Shown one piece after another: positions 24,223 through 37,991 of a DNA stretch of 64,000 nucleotides (position 1 is its first letter; every line of letters starts with the position of its first letter). A program made the position numbers and the translations under genes. The stretch spans positions 49,476,001 through 49,540,000 of the forward strand of contig OX597821.1 in the NCBI GenBank assembly GCA_951406725.2. Reading direction: 5' to 3'. The notes below the pieces were generated by a model that had not been told where the DNA came from, did no database searches, and saw only the letters and a program-made list of their open reading frames with translations. The DNA is from Octopus vulgaris. Taxonomy: Eukaryota.

Positions 24223-25690
24223 GTGCTACTAATAGTTTCATTTGTTGAGAAAACACAAACATATTCTTCAGGTGCAAACCACATATAACGAACTAAATAA
24301 ATTGAATAAAAGAAGAAATGTGAAAAAACTGAAGGCAGCATATAGAAAACAGACAGTAACCAACAAAAAATAGAAACTAAGATGTAAAAAGATAAAAGAG
24401 CTATCCTCCTTAGACCTTAAATGATAAGGCTGGAAAGGTATCAAGTCAGTCAAGAATAGGCAGAATTTTCTAGTTCTTCAAAATATATTTATACATATGC
24501 ATGCAACTCCTGAAAAATTTCTGACCTGGAGTTCAACAGAGAGGAATCTTAGATCTGAACAAGATCTGCTCTCTTTCAGCCTAACAAAGTCTACATTTAT
24601 TCGATCCATTCACGTAAGGTATGGCTTTCTCAATTACTTTCCATTTAATCACATGCGGTGTCTCATTATCTTTCAAAGTCCAAACATAGCTAGCCAACTT
24701 TGTAGCTTTACTTTTGTCCTTATGCCGGAAGGAGGCTATGTGATTGGCATTGCAATTTTTTAATTCACCTTCATATAATCCAATATAAGTCTTCTTATCA
24801 GTTGTAGTATTATTTAGGGTTGCAGTAACTTCTGCCTTATATATGATAGATTTAGTTGTACATTGTTGGTCAAATGGACAAGATCCTGGGTTGTGACAGT
24901 TGCAACTGGATTCAGGTTCTTGGTATTGACCACGTGTAATTATACTCATCATATTGGAGCAGCAGCTATGTGATAATTTCATAGAACGCCTATTAAATAT
25001 TTTCCTGTATCTGTGAGTAGCTGGAAAGTGTTTGTCCAGTAGTGACAGGAATCTTTTACCAATGTTAGTTTTTATATTAAGGGAAAAGGGAGGAGTGAAC
25101 CAAATAATTTTCCTTGGTCTATTTTTAGATTTCTATTTTATCCTGATTAATACTAGAATGGTTATGTACTACTTTATCTTTGATGCCACTAGATCTATTT
25201 TTAATATTTTGATTGGATGGAAGCACTCCGTCGGTTACGACGACGAGGATTCCGGTTGATCCGAATCAACGGAACAGCCTGCTCGTGAAATTAACGTGTA
25301 AGTGGCTGAGCACTCCACAGACACGTGTACCCTTAACGCAGTTCTCAGGGATATTCAGCGTGACACAGAGAGTGACAAGGCCAGCCCCTTGAAATACAGG
25401 TACAACAGAAACAGGAAGTAAGAGTGAGAGAAAGTTGTGGTGAAAGAGTACAGCAGGGATCACCACCATCCCCTGCTGGAACCTCGTGGAGCTTTTAGGT
25501 GTTTTCGCTCAATAAACACTCACAACGCCCGGTCTGGGAATCGAAACCGCGAGTCCGCTGCCCTAACCACTGATTATTATTAGAGTGATTACATGTTAAT
25601 TTATCTTTGAAGCCACTATTAGCTAAGGCAGCTTTCTTGAAAATTTCTTTGGAAGAAGAAAGGATGCTATGTAGTAATGATAATAATTCC
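24223..25690 (-). mobile_element. Penelope-like element 3' part (RT end, linker, GIY-YIG endonuclease, hammerhead), interrupted by a SINE
   Basis: IIWFTPPFSLNIKTNIGKRFL...CNC....CPFDQQC...IIYKA...TYIG...CRLC; CTGAAGA...GAAACTATTAGTA at 24223-24275. Confidence 0.88.
25215..25572 (-). mobile_element. tRNA-SINE (family of 28444-28787)
   Basis: cagtggttagggcagcggactcgc...ttcgattcccagaccgggcgttg on -; 3' end gacggagtgcttccatcc. Confidence 0.9.
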
Positions 25691-26519
25691 AAAACAAAAT
25701 GTAAAAAGGTAAACTAATTCCAATTGTCCATGATGTAAACGAATATGATTGTACTAACAAGCGCCCTGAAGTAAAAAGAGTAACTCCATAAAATGAGTCA
25801 ATGTATTAAAAAAATGTCACCTGATAGTCAACTAAGTGCCACATGATTAGATGAAAAGGTGTAAGCTACATGATAATGTGTGAGTCAGGAAATGTCACAT
25901 TATAGAATTGTGTTACAATTGGATGAATAAAAATAGACATTGAATAACGTTTTGTGTCAAGACAACTAGGGTTGTCTTATCTCCCCTTTTATTAAAAGAT
26001 GAATAGTTGGTATATTAATAAGTTTATTTTGATGGTTTATACAGTGTATTTGGCCTAGATTTACACTATCAAAGAGTTCCAAATGCTGGCAGTTCGAGGA
26101 AAAAGATATGACCATAGAAAGACTTCCTTATACGTAGAAGCACAACAGCATTTGGATAAAAACACTGAGTTTAGAGACAAATGATCTGGAACAAAGAGAA
26201 AGAGTTCATCAGAGCACTTCCTGTAGTAATAACGATAGAAATGACTAAGACTGTCAACACCACCTTAATGTAATGAGTTGCAGGGTAGAAGCAAGTGAGG
26301 GACCAATTAAATTAGAGAATCACTTCTGAAGCTGGATCCCTATCTTCCTCCCATTTGCATGAATTTGATCTTGTTAGTTTTGAAAGTTACTAGCAACTTT
26401 TCACCCTATATCTTAACAGCCTGCAGAGTCACCTCAAGACTAGTAGCAAATTCCAACTGTTTCAAGGAAGAGGGATTGCCTGAAAAAACAGAATAAATGT
26501 GTGTGTATTTGCATATATA

Positions 26520-27735
26520 TTGGGTTTTATTTTTCAAAATTAAGATAAAGTTCTTTTTTAATCTAAAATATACTCATTCATTTTCTACAATGTTCTTCCA
26601 TCTGTCTGGTAGACTTGCAAGGCCCCTCTTTGAAAATTCACTTGTCTATGATGAAAAATACTCTTCTAGTACTATTCTGACCTTGTCTACAGAATTCATA
26701 TTTCTTTCTGTCCAAATGATTTTGAAGACTACAGAATAAATGATAATCAGATGGGGCAATGTCTGGTGAATATGGTAGGTGGGGCATTGTTTCCCATTCC
26801 AACTGCTCCAGTCTTTGGAATGTCATCTTTGCTGTATGCAGCCAAGCATTATCTTGATGGAAGAACACCTTTCGTCTTGAAACCAAAGATGGTTGATTTT
26901 CTTGTAGTGCTGACTTAAGCCACCCAAGCCGCTTGCAGTAGATCTCCTTTGTAATTGTTTGGTTTGGGTTTAAAGGTTGAAAGTGGACTAAACCTTTCAT
27001 ATCCCACCAGACAGATAACAACACCTTAAATGGGTGAAGACCTTCTTTAGCCTGGGGTGCCGGTGTTTCTTCTTTCCCTATCCTCTGTCTTTGGAGCTTG
27101 ACGTTTTTATAGAGAACCCATTTCTCATTATTAGTCACTATTCAGTCCCCCAAAAATTCATTCATGAGACGTGACAGCAAAGAAGAGCACACATTCACTC
27201 TCTGTGTATGATTAGACTCGGAAAGTTTGTGAGGAACCCATTAACTCAATTTACTGACTTTTCTGATGGTATGCAGGTGTCGATGAATGGTTGAATGACC
27301 AAATCCAAGCTTCTCTGCTAGTTCCTCAATAGTTACAATGGAATTTTGTTCCACCAGGGTTTGCAGATCTTCCAGGATGAGGCTCATCTCCTAGGCTGTA
27401 GTTTCCATCTTGGAATTTCTGAAACCTCTGTTGATACTAGCTTATGTTTATTGTCTGATCCCCATATACTGCATTAATATTCCTTGCACCTTCCGTTGCG
27501 TTGTTGCCTGTATTGGACTCATAAAGCAAAATATGCTTCTTTGTCACTTCCATTATAGCTTTGAAAAATAACTGTTAAAATCGAACTGCACTCTTCAAAA
27601 CTTGCACTAAGAATAAGTACAAGGTAAAATTACTACCTGCTTTTATAGCAAGTTGATGCAGGTAGTTTATCCTGTCCCCCTCCAACTTTTAGTTCATGCA
27701 ATTGAAAAAACTGCATTATTTATGGGATGACCCAA
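26520..27735 (-). mobile_element. Mariner (DD34D) transposon, decayed transposase
   Basis: KVLLSVWWD, HQDNA..H, PYSPDIAPSDYHLF; TIR ttgggtcatcccataaataatgc at the right end, left TIR partly deleted; TA flanks. Confidence 0.92.
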
Positions 27736-27746
27736 TATATGTATAT

Positions 27747-28240
27747 AGTGCTGGATTTAAAGCTTGTGGGGGCCCAGAGTACTTCAAGTTCAGTGATCCC
27801 CACCCCCTTATACACAGAAATTAAAACCCATGAAAAATTACTAAATGTGCCTATTGCATGTAATTGAAATTGACTAGTCGGCACATAGAAAGTTTAAATG
27901 CATCCGTCAATGCAAAATTTTGTCATCTAAACTATGTACAGCAAGATTTACCAACTTAACACAATACACTACCACAATACATACAAAAAAACTTTCTTTC
28001 TACACTTGGTATCTAAAAAATATCCTCTTTAGAACACTGCTTTCTACATCCAAATGGTTAAAAACACTTAATCTTTCATATATCATAGTAGCAGTCAGAT
28101 AATTTTTTATCAGTCCCAATTTATTGAATTCCTCTCTTCTGAACAGCTAGTGACCATCAAGCTCAGATATATTCTATGAACTACATTAACAGTTGGAAAG
28201 ATTTCGGCAAGCCTTTCGTCACACTGATTCTCCCCAATGT
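27747..28240 (-). mobile_element. hAT transposon 3' remnant (dimerisation domain)
   Basis: IYLSLMVTSCSEER..KLGLIKNYLTATM..ERL in broken frames; terminal agtgctggattta..gggggccc. Confidence 0.7.
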
Positions 28241-28399
28241 TAAGGGTTCACGTGTGTATTAACTATGTTAAGAGTACACATGTCTGTTAACTATGTTAAG
28301 GGTACACCTCCATGTTAATTTCATGACCAGGCTGTTCTGCTGATCAGATCAACTGGAACCCTTGTTGTCATAAGTGACAGAGCACCCGTTAGATACAAA

Positions 28400-30150
28400 A
28401 AAATGGGATCGTGTGGTGCGATGCGAGCAGTATAGTGTTGAGAGGAGGTGCAATGGCCCAGTGGTTAGGGCAGCAGACTCGCAGTCATAGGATCGCGGTT
28501 TCGATTCCCAGACCGGGCGTTGTGAGTGTTTATTGAGCGAAAACACCTAAAGTTCCACGAGGCTCCGGCAGGGGATGGTGGTGATCCCTGCTGTACTCTT
28601 TCACCACAACTTTCTCTCACTCTTACTTTCTGTTTCTGTTGTACCTGTATTTCAAAGGGCCGGCCTTGTCACTCTCTGTGTCACGCTGAATATCCCCAAG
28701 AACCACGTTAATTTCACGAGCAGGCTGTTCCGTTGATTCGAATCAACTGGAACCCTCATCGTCGTAACTGACGGAGTGCTTCCATCCATAGTGTTGAGAA
28801 TCATTCTGGAAATAGGTGTTGAGGTGGAAGACATAGTGAGGCTTAGGAAGAAGAACGACTACATATCAATGTAGCTGAACTGGATGCTGTATTAAAGGGC
28901 ATGACCCTAGTGCTGAGATGGTGACTACAAGCTGTTGAGGTTTGGGCTGATTCTACCATAGTGCAGTGGTGGGTATCATTAATTATCAACCAGAAAAGAA
29001 TTTACATGAAAGGGGCCATGGAAATAGTGATTAAGCATCACCTGGGTATCCTGAGGGCGCTAACTGCTGAGTTCATCCTGGTGTTGCATGTGGTTTTTGT
29101 GCCCCCAGAAAGGAATAAGGTAGATGTTCTAACCAGAGTAAAAAAAACAATTAGTTGGTAACAGCAGGGTACGTTCTGAGTGGAGTAACTGTAGTTTGTC
29201 GGCTGCAGAGCACAGAACTGAAGAGGCTGCACAACATGGGGGACGACAGGGCATTGTTATTGGCCAGGATGGTCAACCCTGATGTCGCCAAGGAGAGTGT
29301 TTGGAAGGTAGTGGGGAATTGCAACAGGTGCCAATCCATCAACCCTGCACTGAGTGCACATGAAACAGGGAAGATTCATGTGGAGGAAGACTGGAAAAGG
29401 TTAGCCATTGATGTGATACACTATCAGTGAAAGGTATACCTCTTGATGATCAACTTGGGGCCAGGGCAGATAACTATATGGAGAGAAATCAGGGTGGAGA
29501 CTGCTGCTGAAATCACAGAAGTGCTAAATGCAGTGTTCTTGGAAAAGGGTCCTGTAGATGAGCGACTGATTGGCAATAGCACAGTTTTTTACTCAGAGCA
29601 ACTGAGGGAGATGCTTGGAAGGTGGAACATAAGACACTTCTCCAGAGTAGCATACAAGCATCATGGGATTGTGGAACAGCACCATCATACAATCAAAGCT
29701 ATGGCTTAGAAGGGATGAATCTCCCCCATGGAGTCAGTCTTCTGGTACATGTAACCAAACTGAAGAGTCTGTCCTGCAAAGGGCTACACTCCAGTACAAA
29801 TGGAGACAACTGGGCATGGTGCCGCAGCAGCCAGAGGTGGAAGGGGTTGCATCTGTACAGGCTGGAGACAAAATGTGGGTGAAGCCCCCAAATGCTTGGT
29901 GCACAATGCAGTGAGAAAAAGGAAGGATGACCATGATCAGTACTCCGAATAATGTATCAATGGATGGAATGCCATATCACGTCTTGGATATTTTAAGGGT
30001 GATTAGCTCTTCCAAAGATGAAGGAAAGGGAGAAGCCAGCCCAGTGACCCTACAGAGATCTCAAAGGAATGTCACACCACCCACCGCCCCACACACCAAA
30101 TAGATGGATGATTACAAAATGGAATAGAGAGGCAATGATCTTTAGATCAG
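28400..30150 (+). mobile_element. Gypsy-like LTR retrotransposon pol remnant (RNase H, integrase)
   Basis: DASS, INVAELDAVLKG, N..D.LTRV, H.MG...C..CQ, WKRLAIDV.HY; many stops; LTRs not resolved. Confidence 0.85.
28444..28787 (+). mobile_element. tRNA-SINE inserted in the Gypsy pol remnant, 12-bp TSD
   Basis: TSD atagtgttgaga at 28432-28443 and 28788-28799; A/B-box head. Confidence 0.92.
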
Positions 30151-30429
30151 GGTGTGTGGGTGTGGAGGAAGGATGAGTGATTGAAAGGGAGAGGGAGTGA
30201 GATGACATCACATCAGGATGCAACAGGTTGAAGACAGCCTCTTTCATATGGAGCCTGCAGCAAGGGCAAATCATATGCTGGGAGCAGTCATATGGGGAGT
30301 AAAACCATTCATGACCTTTTGTTGGTCTTTTCTGACAACCTATTGCAGTAGAGTTGTGTGACTTCTTTGGGTGTATATCCTTGATCAAGGAATATAAAGC
30401 TCTTTTCCAACTGTCATAATGTTATTGGC

Positions 30430-30900
30430 TTCATGTATGCAGACACTATCATCTTGTTTTCATTTTAGAGGTGACCTGCATTACTACTGATGTGGAAATT
30501 TCCAGTAAGGAATAACAACATGAATGATTTAACATTCATAACTCAAATGAGCATGGGCACAGCAAACATATTGTGGGTTGTCAATTTATTGTATGTAGAA
30601 AGAGAAACATATTTTCTTTATTCTGGTTTTATATAATCTGTTTATAAATTCCATTTTAGTCTTTTCATAGAAAATATTTTCATCCACCCCTATATACCTG
30701 CAGTATTTCTCCTCCAATATCAGAGAAATAGCCAGACCATTTTTAGTAATGTTACTAGATGGATTTATAGTTCTCCTTTGTTTTACAAACCTACAAGTCT
30801 CCTCTTTAAACATTCATACTCGTATTTTCAGGTGGTCCACAAAGAAGTTTGATGTTAGGTTAGCATCTCTGTTTTCCTGTGAGCCAACCTCTAAATTTTC
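30430..30900 (-). mobile_element. Decayed Dong/R4-like RT fragment
   Basis: YCRYIGVDEN...YKTRIKKI...HNMFAVP...TGNFH. Confidence 0.55.
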
Positions 30901-30934
30901 TACAACAAAAGGGAGAAAACATTCATTGAAAGTA

Positions 30935-31750
30935 TGAGGTAGTATCAAAAAGTTCCTGGACTAGTTCTGTAGCACACCAACAGATGGCAGTACCTCGTTG
31001 CATGCACAGAGAGATAGCAGTGACCTTCATGAGGCCATATGCTGAGTGCCATCACTGTGTTTACTTTGCAAGTTGTGAAATTTGTGTTTTATGACCATAC
31101 GTATGCTGTAGTCAGTGATTTTGTCAAGGACAGTAATAGAGAACCAACGTGAAATTTTGCATTAAACTCAGGAAGTCTGCTACAGAAACATTGAGCATGC
31201 TTTGGCAAGCTTGTGGCAATGGGTCATACATAATGTTTGATTGGCACAGGCACTTCAAAAGCAGAAGAACGTCCCTGGAAGATAATGAGCTATTTGGAAG
31301 ACACTCCCAGGGCCAGACTGTCATTCAAGAGTTCTACTGTGATGTTTTTTTAAGTATTTGAGGGAGGATATTTGTTGAAAGTGACTGGATCTGTGGAGCA
31401 TGAAGAATTAGATTCTTCACAATGACAATGCACTGTCACCAAGCTCAAAAACGATGTATTGCTTCTGAACTCACTTGATTTAGCACCTACAGTTTTCTAT
31501 CTCTTCCCAAAGATGAAAATGCAGCTCTAAGGTCACCATTTTAACACCATTGTCAAGATCCAGGGCGAGCTGCAGATCTTCGACTTGCTTACAGAAAACG
31601 ACTTCCGGGCTGGATTCCAAAAGTGGCAGAAACATTGGGACTGGTATATTGCTGTGCAAGGTGACTATTTCAAAAGAGATGTTAAAACTTAGGTAAATGA
31701 GTTATTTTTTTATTAAACATAGCTAGTCTAGGAACCGTTTGATACAGTAG
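30935..31750 (+). mobile_element. Internally deleted mariner element
   Basis: KFCIKLRKSATETL, WHRHFK..RTSLED, LHNDNA, DLAP.VFYLFPKMK; imperfect TIRs gtatcaaaaagttcctggactag / ctagtctaggaaccgtttgatac. Confidence 0.88.
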
Positions 31751-32539
31751 TATAAACCTCATTACAGACACATTGAATTATACCCCTTTGCTACTGTATT
31801 CTGTCACTGATAACAAAACCACATTCTGTATTTAACTACATGAAAGTGGCTTAGGATAAAGCCATTTTCATGTATGCAGTGGAAAATGTTAATTAAATAT
31901 CTATATAGAGAAATACTGGTCTATATATAATTCAATGTCCATATTTACAAATAGTAAATATTTTCTTCTTATTCAAATTATTTTCAAAATCAGAAGAACA
32001 TATTTGATGTGATTATTGGCAACCCATCATTACATTTTATGTTGATAGGAAAAATTTCATGCTCACTCAACCTGTTTTCCTTTTCCACTAAGATGTTCCC
32101 TTTAAGCCTTATAAGCTGATCTAAACAACAATGGTTTCTTTAAAAAAAAACTCAGATTATCTCATTCCAAAAATATTTATTATGCTTGTTCTTCAAATGT
32201 GTGTTCATTATTATGCTTTAAATAACCTTAACTATGAAATTATATTAAATGCAAAACTCTTACAGAAATCTTATGAAAAGTGTGATCAAACTCATGGCCT
32301 TCATTTTTCTGATATGTTACTTTGTCAAATTTACACTGCCTTTATCACCAACACAATAATGTTTGCTGACACTGAAAACCTTATGTTTTGAGACTGGGCA
32401 AGAGTCACTTAACTCCAGTATTTCACTGATTTTATCAACTCCATAAAGAGTTGCATATATCACTGGATCAGACATGGCACAATCACTATCAATATGATGT
32501 TATTTCATCATATCTGATGGAGATCCAACACATTTTGGA

Positions 32540-34670
32540 CGAGGGTATAACAAATAAGATCAACCCTAGCAATTGATTGGTATTTCTTTTCTCAACCTCC
32601 CAGAAGGAAGTTGAGTAGAGCAGGATTAAACCTGAGAATACAACAGAAGTAACATAATACCACAAGGTATGTTCTATGGGTTCTGCTATCTGCCACCCTT
32701 CTCTTCTTAATAATAATTCTTTCTAGTTTTGACACACTGTCAGGGAGATTTATTGATTACATTGACCTCAAAGTGAATTTGAACTCAGACCATAAAGAGA
32801 TGAAAGAAATGCCTTGTGGCATTTTGTCTGATACTCTAATGATTCTGCCAATCCACTTCCCTAACTATAATAATAATAGTTTCTAATAGAGGTATAAGGC
32901 CAGAAATTTTAGGGAGAGGGTTGGTGAATTACATGAAGTCCAGTACGTGACAGGTACCTTATTTCTAGTTTGGTCATACATTTTATAAGATCTGCAAAAC
33001 ATTGGTTCTTTTTAATAAAGATTTCCCTCTTTGATTTTATTTCATAGTTAAGGTTGTTTAAAGAATAACACTGAACACATGTCTGAAGAACAAACATAAA
33101 CATTTTAGAAACATTAAAACAAAAAGATACTGCATTTTATACAATCATAAAGGGAGATTATTTGAGGAAAAGGAGAATGGGTTAGCTGGCAGAAAAGCCT
33201 TTCCTATCAGTGTAAAATGGAGGAGGAAAACATTAATTGTAATAATAATAATTATCATTTCAAATTTTAGCAAAAGATCAGAAATTCTGAGGGGAGGAGG
33301 TTAATTGATTACATCAACATCCATACTTGACTGATTCTATATGTTATCAACCCTGAAAGAATGAAAGGCAAATATTACTCTAATGGGAATTCATCATCAT
33401 CATCATCATCATCGTTTAACATCTGCTTTCCATGCTAGCATGGGCTGGACGGTTCAACTGGGGTCTGTGAAGCCAGAAGGCTGCGTCAGGCCCAGTCTGA
33501 TCTGGGAGTGTTTCTACGGCTGGATGCCCTTCCTAACGTCAACCACTCCGTGAGTGTAGTGGGTGCTTTTTATGTTCCACCGACACAGGTGCCAGACGAG
33601 ACTGGCGAACGGCCATGCTTGGATGGTGTTTTTTTTATGTGCCACCGACACAGGTGCCAGACAAGGCTGGCGAACGGCCACGCTCGGATGGTGTTTTTTT
33701 ATGTGCCACCGACACAGGTGCCAGACGAGGCTGGCGAACGGCCACGATTGGATGATGTTTGTTACGTGCCCACAGCATGGAGGCCAGTCGATGCGGTACT
33801 GGCTACGGCCACATTCGGATGGTTTTCTTATGTGTCACTGGCACTGGTACCACAAAAATACAAATTCCATTGATGTTCATCGATTTTGATTTGATTTGAT
33901 TTGATTTTGATTTTCACTTGCCTCAACAGGTCTTCACAAGTGTCCCAAGAAGGAAGGTATGCACAGGTGGACTGACTACGTCCCAGGTAGGGGCCATGGG
34001 TTATGGCCTCACGTGTCCTGCCAGGTCTTCTCATGCACAGCATACTTACAAAGGTCTCAGTCTCTGGTCATTTCCTCGGTGAGACCTAAAGCGCGAAGGT
34101 CGTTCTTCACCACCTCGTCCCAGGTTTTCCTGGGTCTACCAACTCAGAATATAAAGAGTGAGAAGAAATGTCATTAAGTGTTTTGTCTGATATGCTAACA
34201 ATTCTGTCATTTTGCTGCCTTAATAATAATCCTTTCTAATTTTGGTACAAGACCAGCAATTTTGAGGGTTGGGGAAGTCAATTACATTGACCCCAGTGTT
34301 CCGATAGTACTTGTTTTAGTGACTGGGAAAGAATGAAAGGCAAAGTCGACTTGGCAGAATTTGAACTCAGAATGTAAAGATAGACAAAATGCCACTAAGC
34401 ATTTCACCTGGTGTGTCAAAGATTATGCAAACTTGCCACCTTAATGAAAATCATAATCCCTTCTGATATAGGTACAAGGCATGAAATTTTGATGGGGTGG
34501 GCTAATCAATTACATCATGCACAAGAGTTCAACTGGTACTTATTTTATCAACTCTGAAAAATGAAAGGCAAAGTTGATCTTGGCAGAATTTGAACTTAAT
34601 ATGTAAAGATGGATGAAATGCTGCTAAATGTTCAGTCCAGCAAGTTAATGTCAGCTAACTGCAATAGTAA
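32540..34670 (-). repeat. Head-to-tail array of decayed ~200-bp SINE copies
   Basis: Repeated aataatcctttct..ggtacaagg..gattacat..gatgaaaggcaaagt..gaatttgaactcag units. Confidence 0.7.
33391..34140 (-). mobile_element. RTE LINE 3' end inserted into a SINE
   Basis: GRPRKTWDEVVKNDL, three ~58-bp tandem units, (TTTGA)n, (GAT)n tail. Confidence 0.9.
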
Positions 34671-34961
34671 TAATAATAATCATAAAAATAGTAATAATAA
34701 TAACAGTAATTCACTGAAGCAATAGATTGAGGTCCATTTATTCAGAAGCAGGAAGTAAAAAAAATATGAAAAAGGAAAGAAAAAGGGCTGACAAAGTGCC
34801 TTATTTAGAGTCACAAGAATTCCCCCAATCGAATATTTCCACAGAAAGCCAACACTGCAACCTGCCAAGCCATAGCCATTTTCCGAAACACATATGCAGC
34901 ATTTTAAGAAATAAAACACACCCTTTCCATCTTTCATTTTTGCTTACTTTTTCCACATTCG

Positions 34962-34995
<34 letters not shown>

Positions 34996-35012
34996 GTCTG
35001 TGTGTGTGTGCA

Positions 35013-35049
<37 letters not shown>

Positions 35050-35259
35050 GTGATATAACAATTTCTCTATTTTTTGTATTATAAGCTCAATCTATCCATA
35101 TTCTTATTTTCCATAGACAAGCATCACAGTTCCTGTACTTTGACTTTAATTACCTTCTCAATCTCTGTGATAAATGGCAGTTATAATCTGATGATATTTT
35201 GCTATATATCATTACTGTGCATCTAATTTCTCATACATATACACACAAGCACACATATG

Positions 35260-35303
<44 letters not shown>

Positions 35304-35591
35304 GGATATAAATATGCATATTGCAGTTCACTCTGTTAGATTGAACGGTACTGCCCAGTGGTCACAATAATGGGGATGGGAATACATATTTGTTATGCTT
35401 GTTTGCGAATTTTTATATATTAGTCTCATTATTCTTGGTTGTCCTATGTTCTGATAAAGTGGAATGTGCTTGTATATTCATGGTTTATCGAAATTACTTA
35501 CATTGATATTGGTTGTTTTCCTTCATAGATAATCTTATTAAACTTAGATAACACTTAGATATTCTTATCTAGTATAAGGGAATACTGTGTG

Positions 35592-36650
<1,059 letters not shown>

Positions 36651-36694
36651 AATAAATGTATATATACTCTATTAAAAAGCAGCAAAATGTCACA

Positions 36695-36740
36695 AAAACT
36701 GTTACTCCGAGTTTCACATTCTCTTTTGTCAGACAGTTTT
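36695..36740 (-). ncRNA. Minimal type I hammerhead, core mutated
   Basis: On -: aaaactgt CTGACAA aagagaatgt GAAACTC G GAGT A acagtttt; more decayed inverted copy at 37315-37360. Confidence 0.65.
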
Positions 36741-37396
36741 GCATAGAATAAAACAAAAAAAAGGATTATAAGCAAACATATGCAATTGGTTTAATGGCTA
36801 CACATTTGAAAATACTTTTGTTTCGTTGGTCTTTTTAACTAATGGTCTGTACAATATCTAGTTGCTTGCAATGAAAATTTGGTATAAAATCATCTTATAA
36901 AATTGAAGAAAACCTATGTGTGTAGCTATGTACATGTGTCTGTATGTTTTAGTGTATACATGTATATTGTAGATGTCTTGGTATGTGCATATACAGCTAA
37001 ATGTATATATAATCCAACATAAAGATGTTTTTAAATGGACATAATTCATAATGTATTAATTGATTAATATTTTACAAATAATTATTTACACTGGGTATTT
37101 TGACTCTCTCCTTGTTTATAAACTATTATTAATTTAAGGGTTTTCTTTGATTTTATAAGATGATTTTATACTGAATTTTGTTCATTGCATGCAACTGGTT
37201 ATTGTAAAGACTGTTAGATGAAAGAACCAATGAAACAAAACCATTTTAAAATATGTATCTATTAAACTGATTGTATATGTTTGCTCATAACCTCATTTTT
37301 GTTCCGTTCTAAACAAAATTGTCCAATGAACGGAAACATGAAACTCTGAATAACAGTTTTTGTGATAATTTTGCTGTTTTTTAATAAAGCCACAAT

Positions 37397-37635
37397 GCTT
37401 CCTGTAAGCATTGACACATTTCCTGTGTCCTTATGTTTACAAGAGGGAGATAAGCACCCCCACCCAGCTAAGCCAGCATCCAGAGACTAGTTTCTGAGTC
37501 ATTGCTCATCTTCAGACTGAAGACTAGCAATTACTCAGAAACTAGTCTCTGGATGCTGGCTTAGCTGGGTGGGTATGCTTATCTTCCCCTTGCAAACATA
37601 GGAACACAGGAAATGTATCAAGGCTGATAGGAAGC
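37397..37635. repeat. Palindrome of two back-to-back hammerhead-bearing (PLE-type) ends
   Basis: Centre tcttcag-a-ctgaaga at 37516; CTGAAGA..GAAACTAGTC on both strands. Confidence 0.85.
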
Positions 37636-37991
37636 GGTGCTGCTTCCTAGGGCTAAATAGCAGTAGTATTATTCCCTTCATGGGACTGTCATATTAGGTT
37701 GACAGCATACAACTACTTTATCATATCACTACTGCATAAATCTCTCTGAGAGATTTAGAAATGTACTATTTCTAATTGTATATATATATATATATATATA
37801 TATAAATGTATATACATATATATGTATATATATATTTGAGTAATTGAATGAATTATCTTATTAAGGATAATTCGAAAGATAACCGATACCTGGATAGCAA
37901 ATTCACATCAGAAAGAACACAGTTGAAGCTACGTCGCTAGGGCATAGACTACGTGTCTTCGTGCGGAAATTTGTATGTTTATTTTAAAATT

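Noticed and set aside
28444-28520. tRNA gene
   Set aside because: tRNA-like head of a SINE with TSDs and multiple copies; the same applies at 6990-7060, 25530-25572 and 56610-56684
35445-35505. ctgataa...cgaaatt as another hammerhead
   Set aside because: Core mutated and stems I and III cannot be formed convincingly
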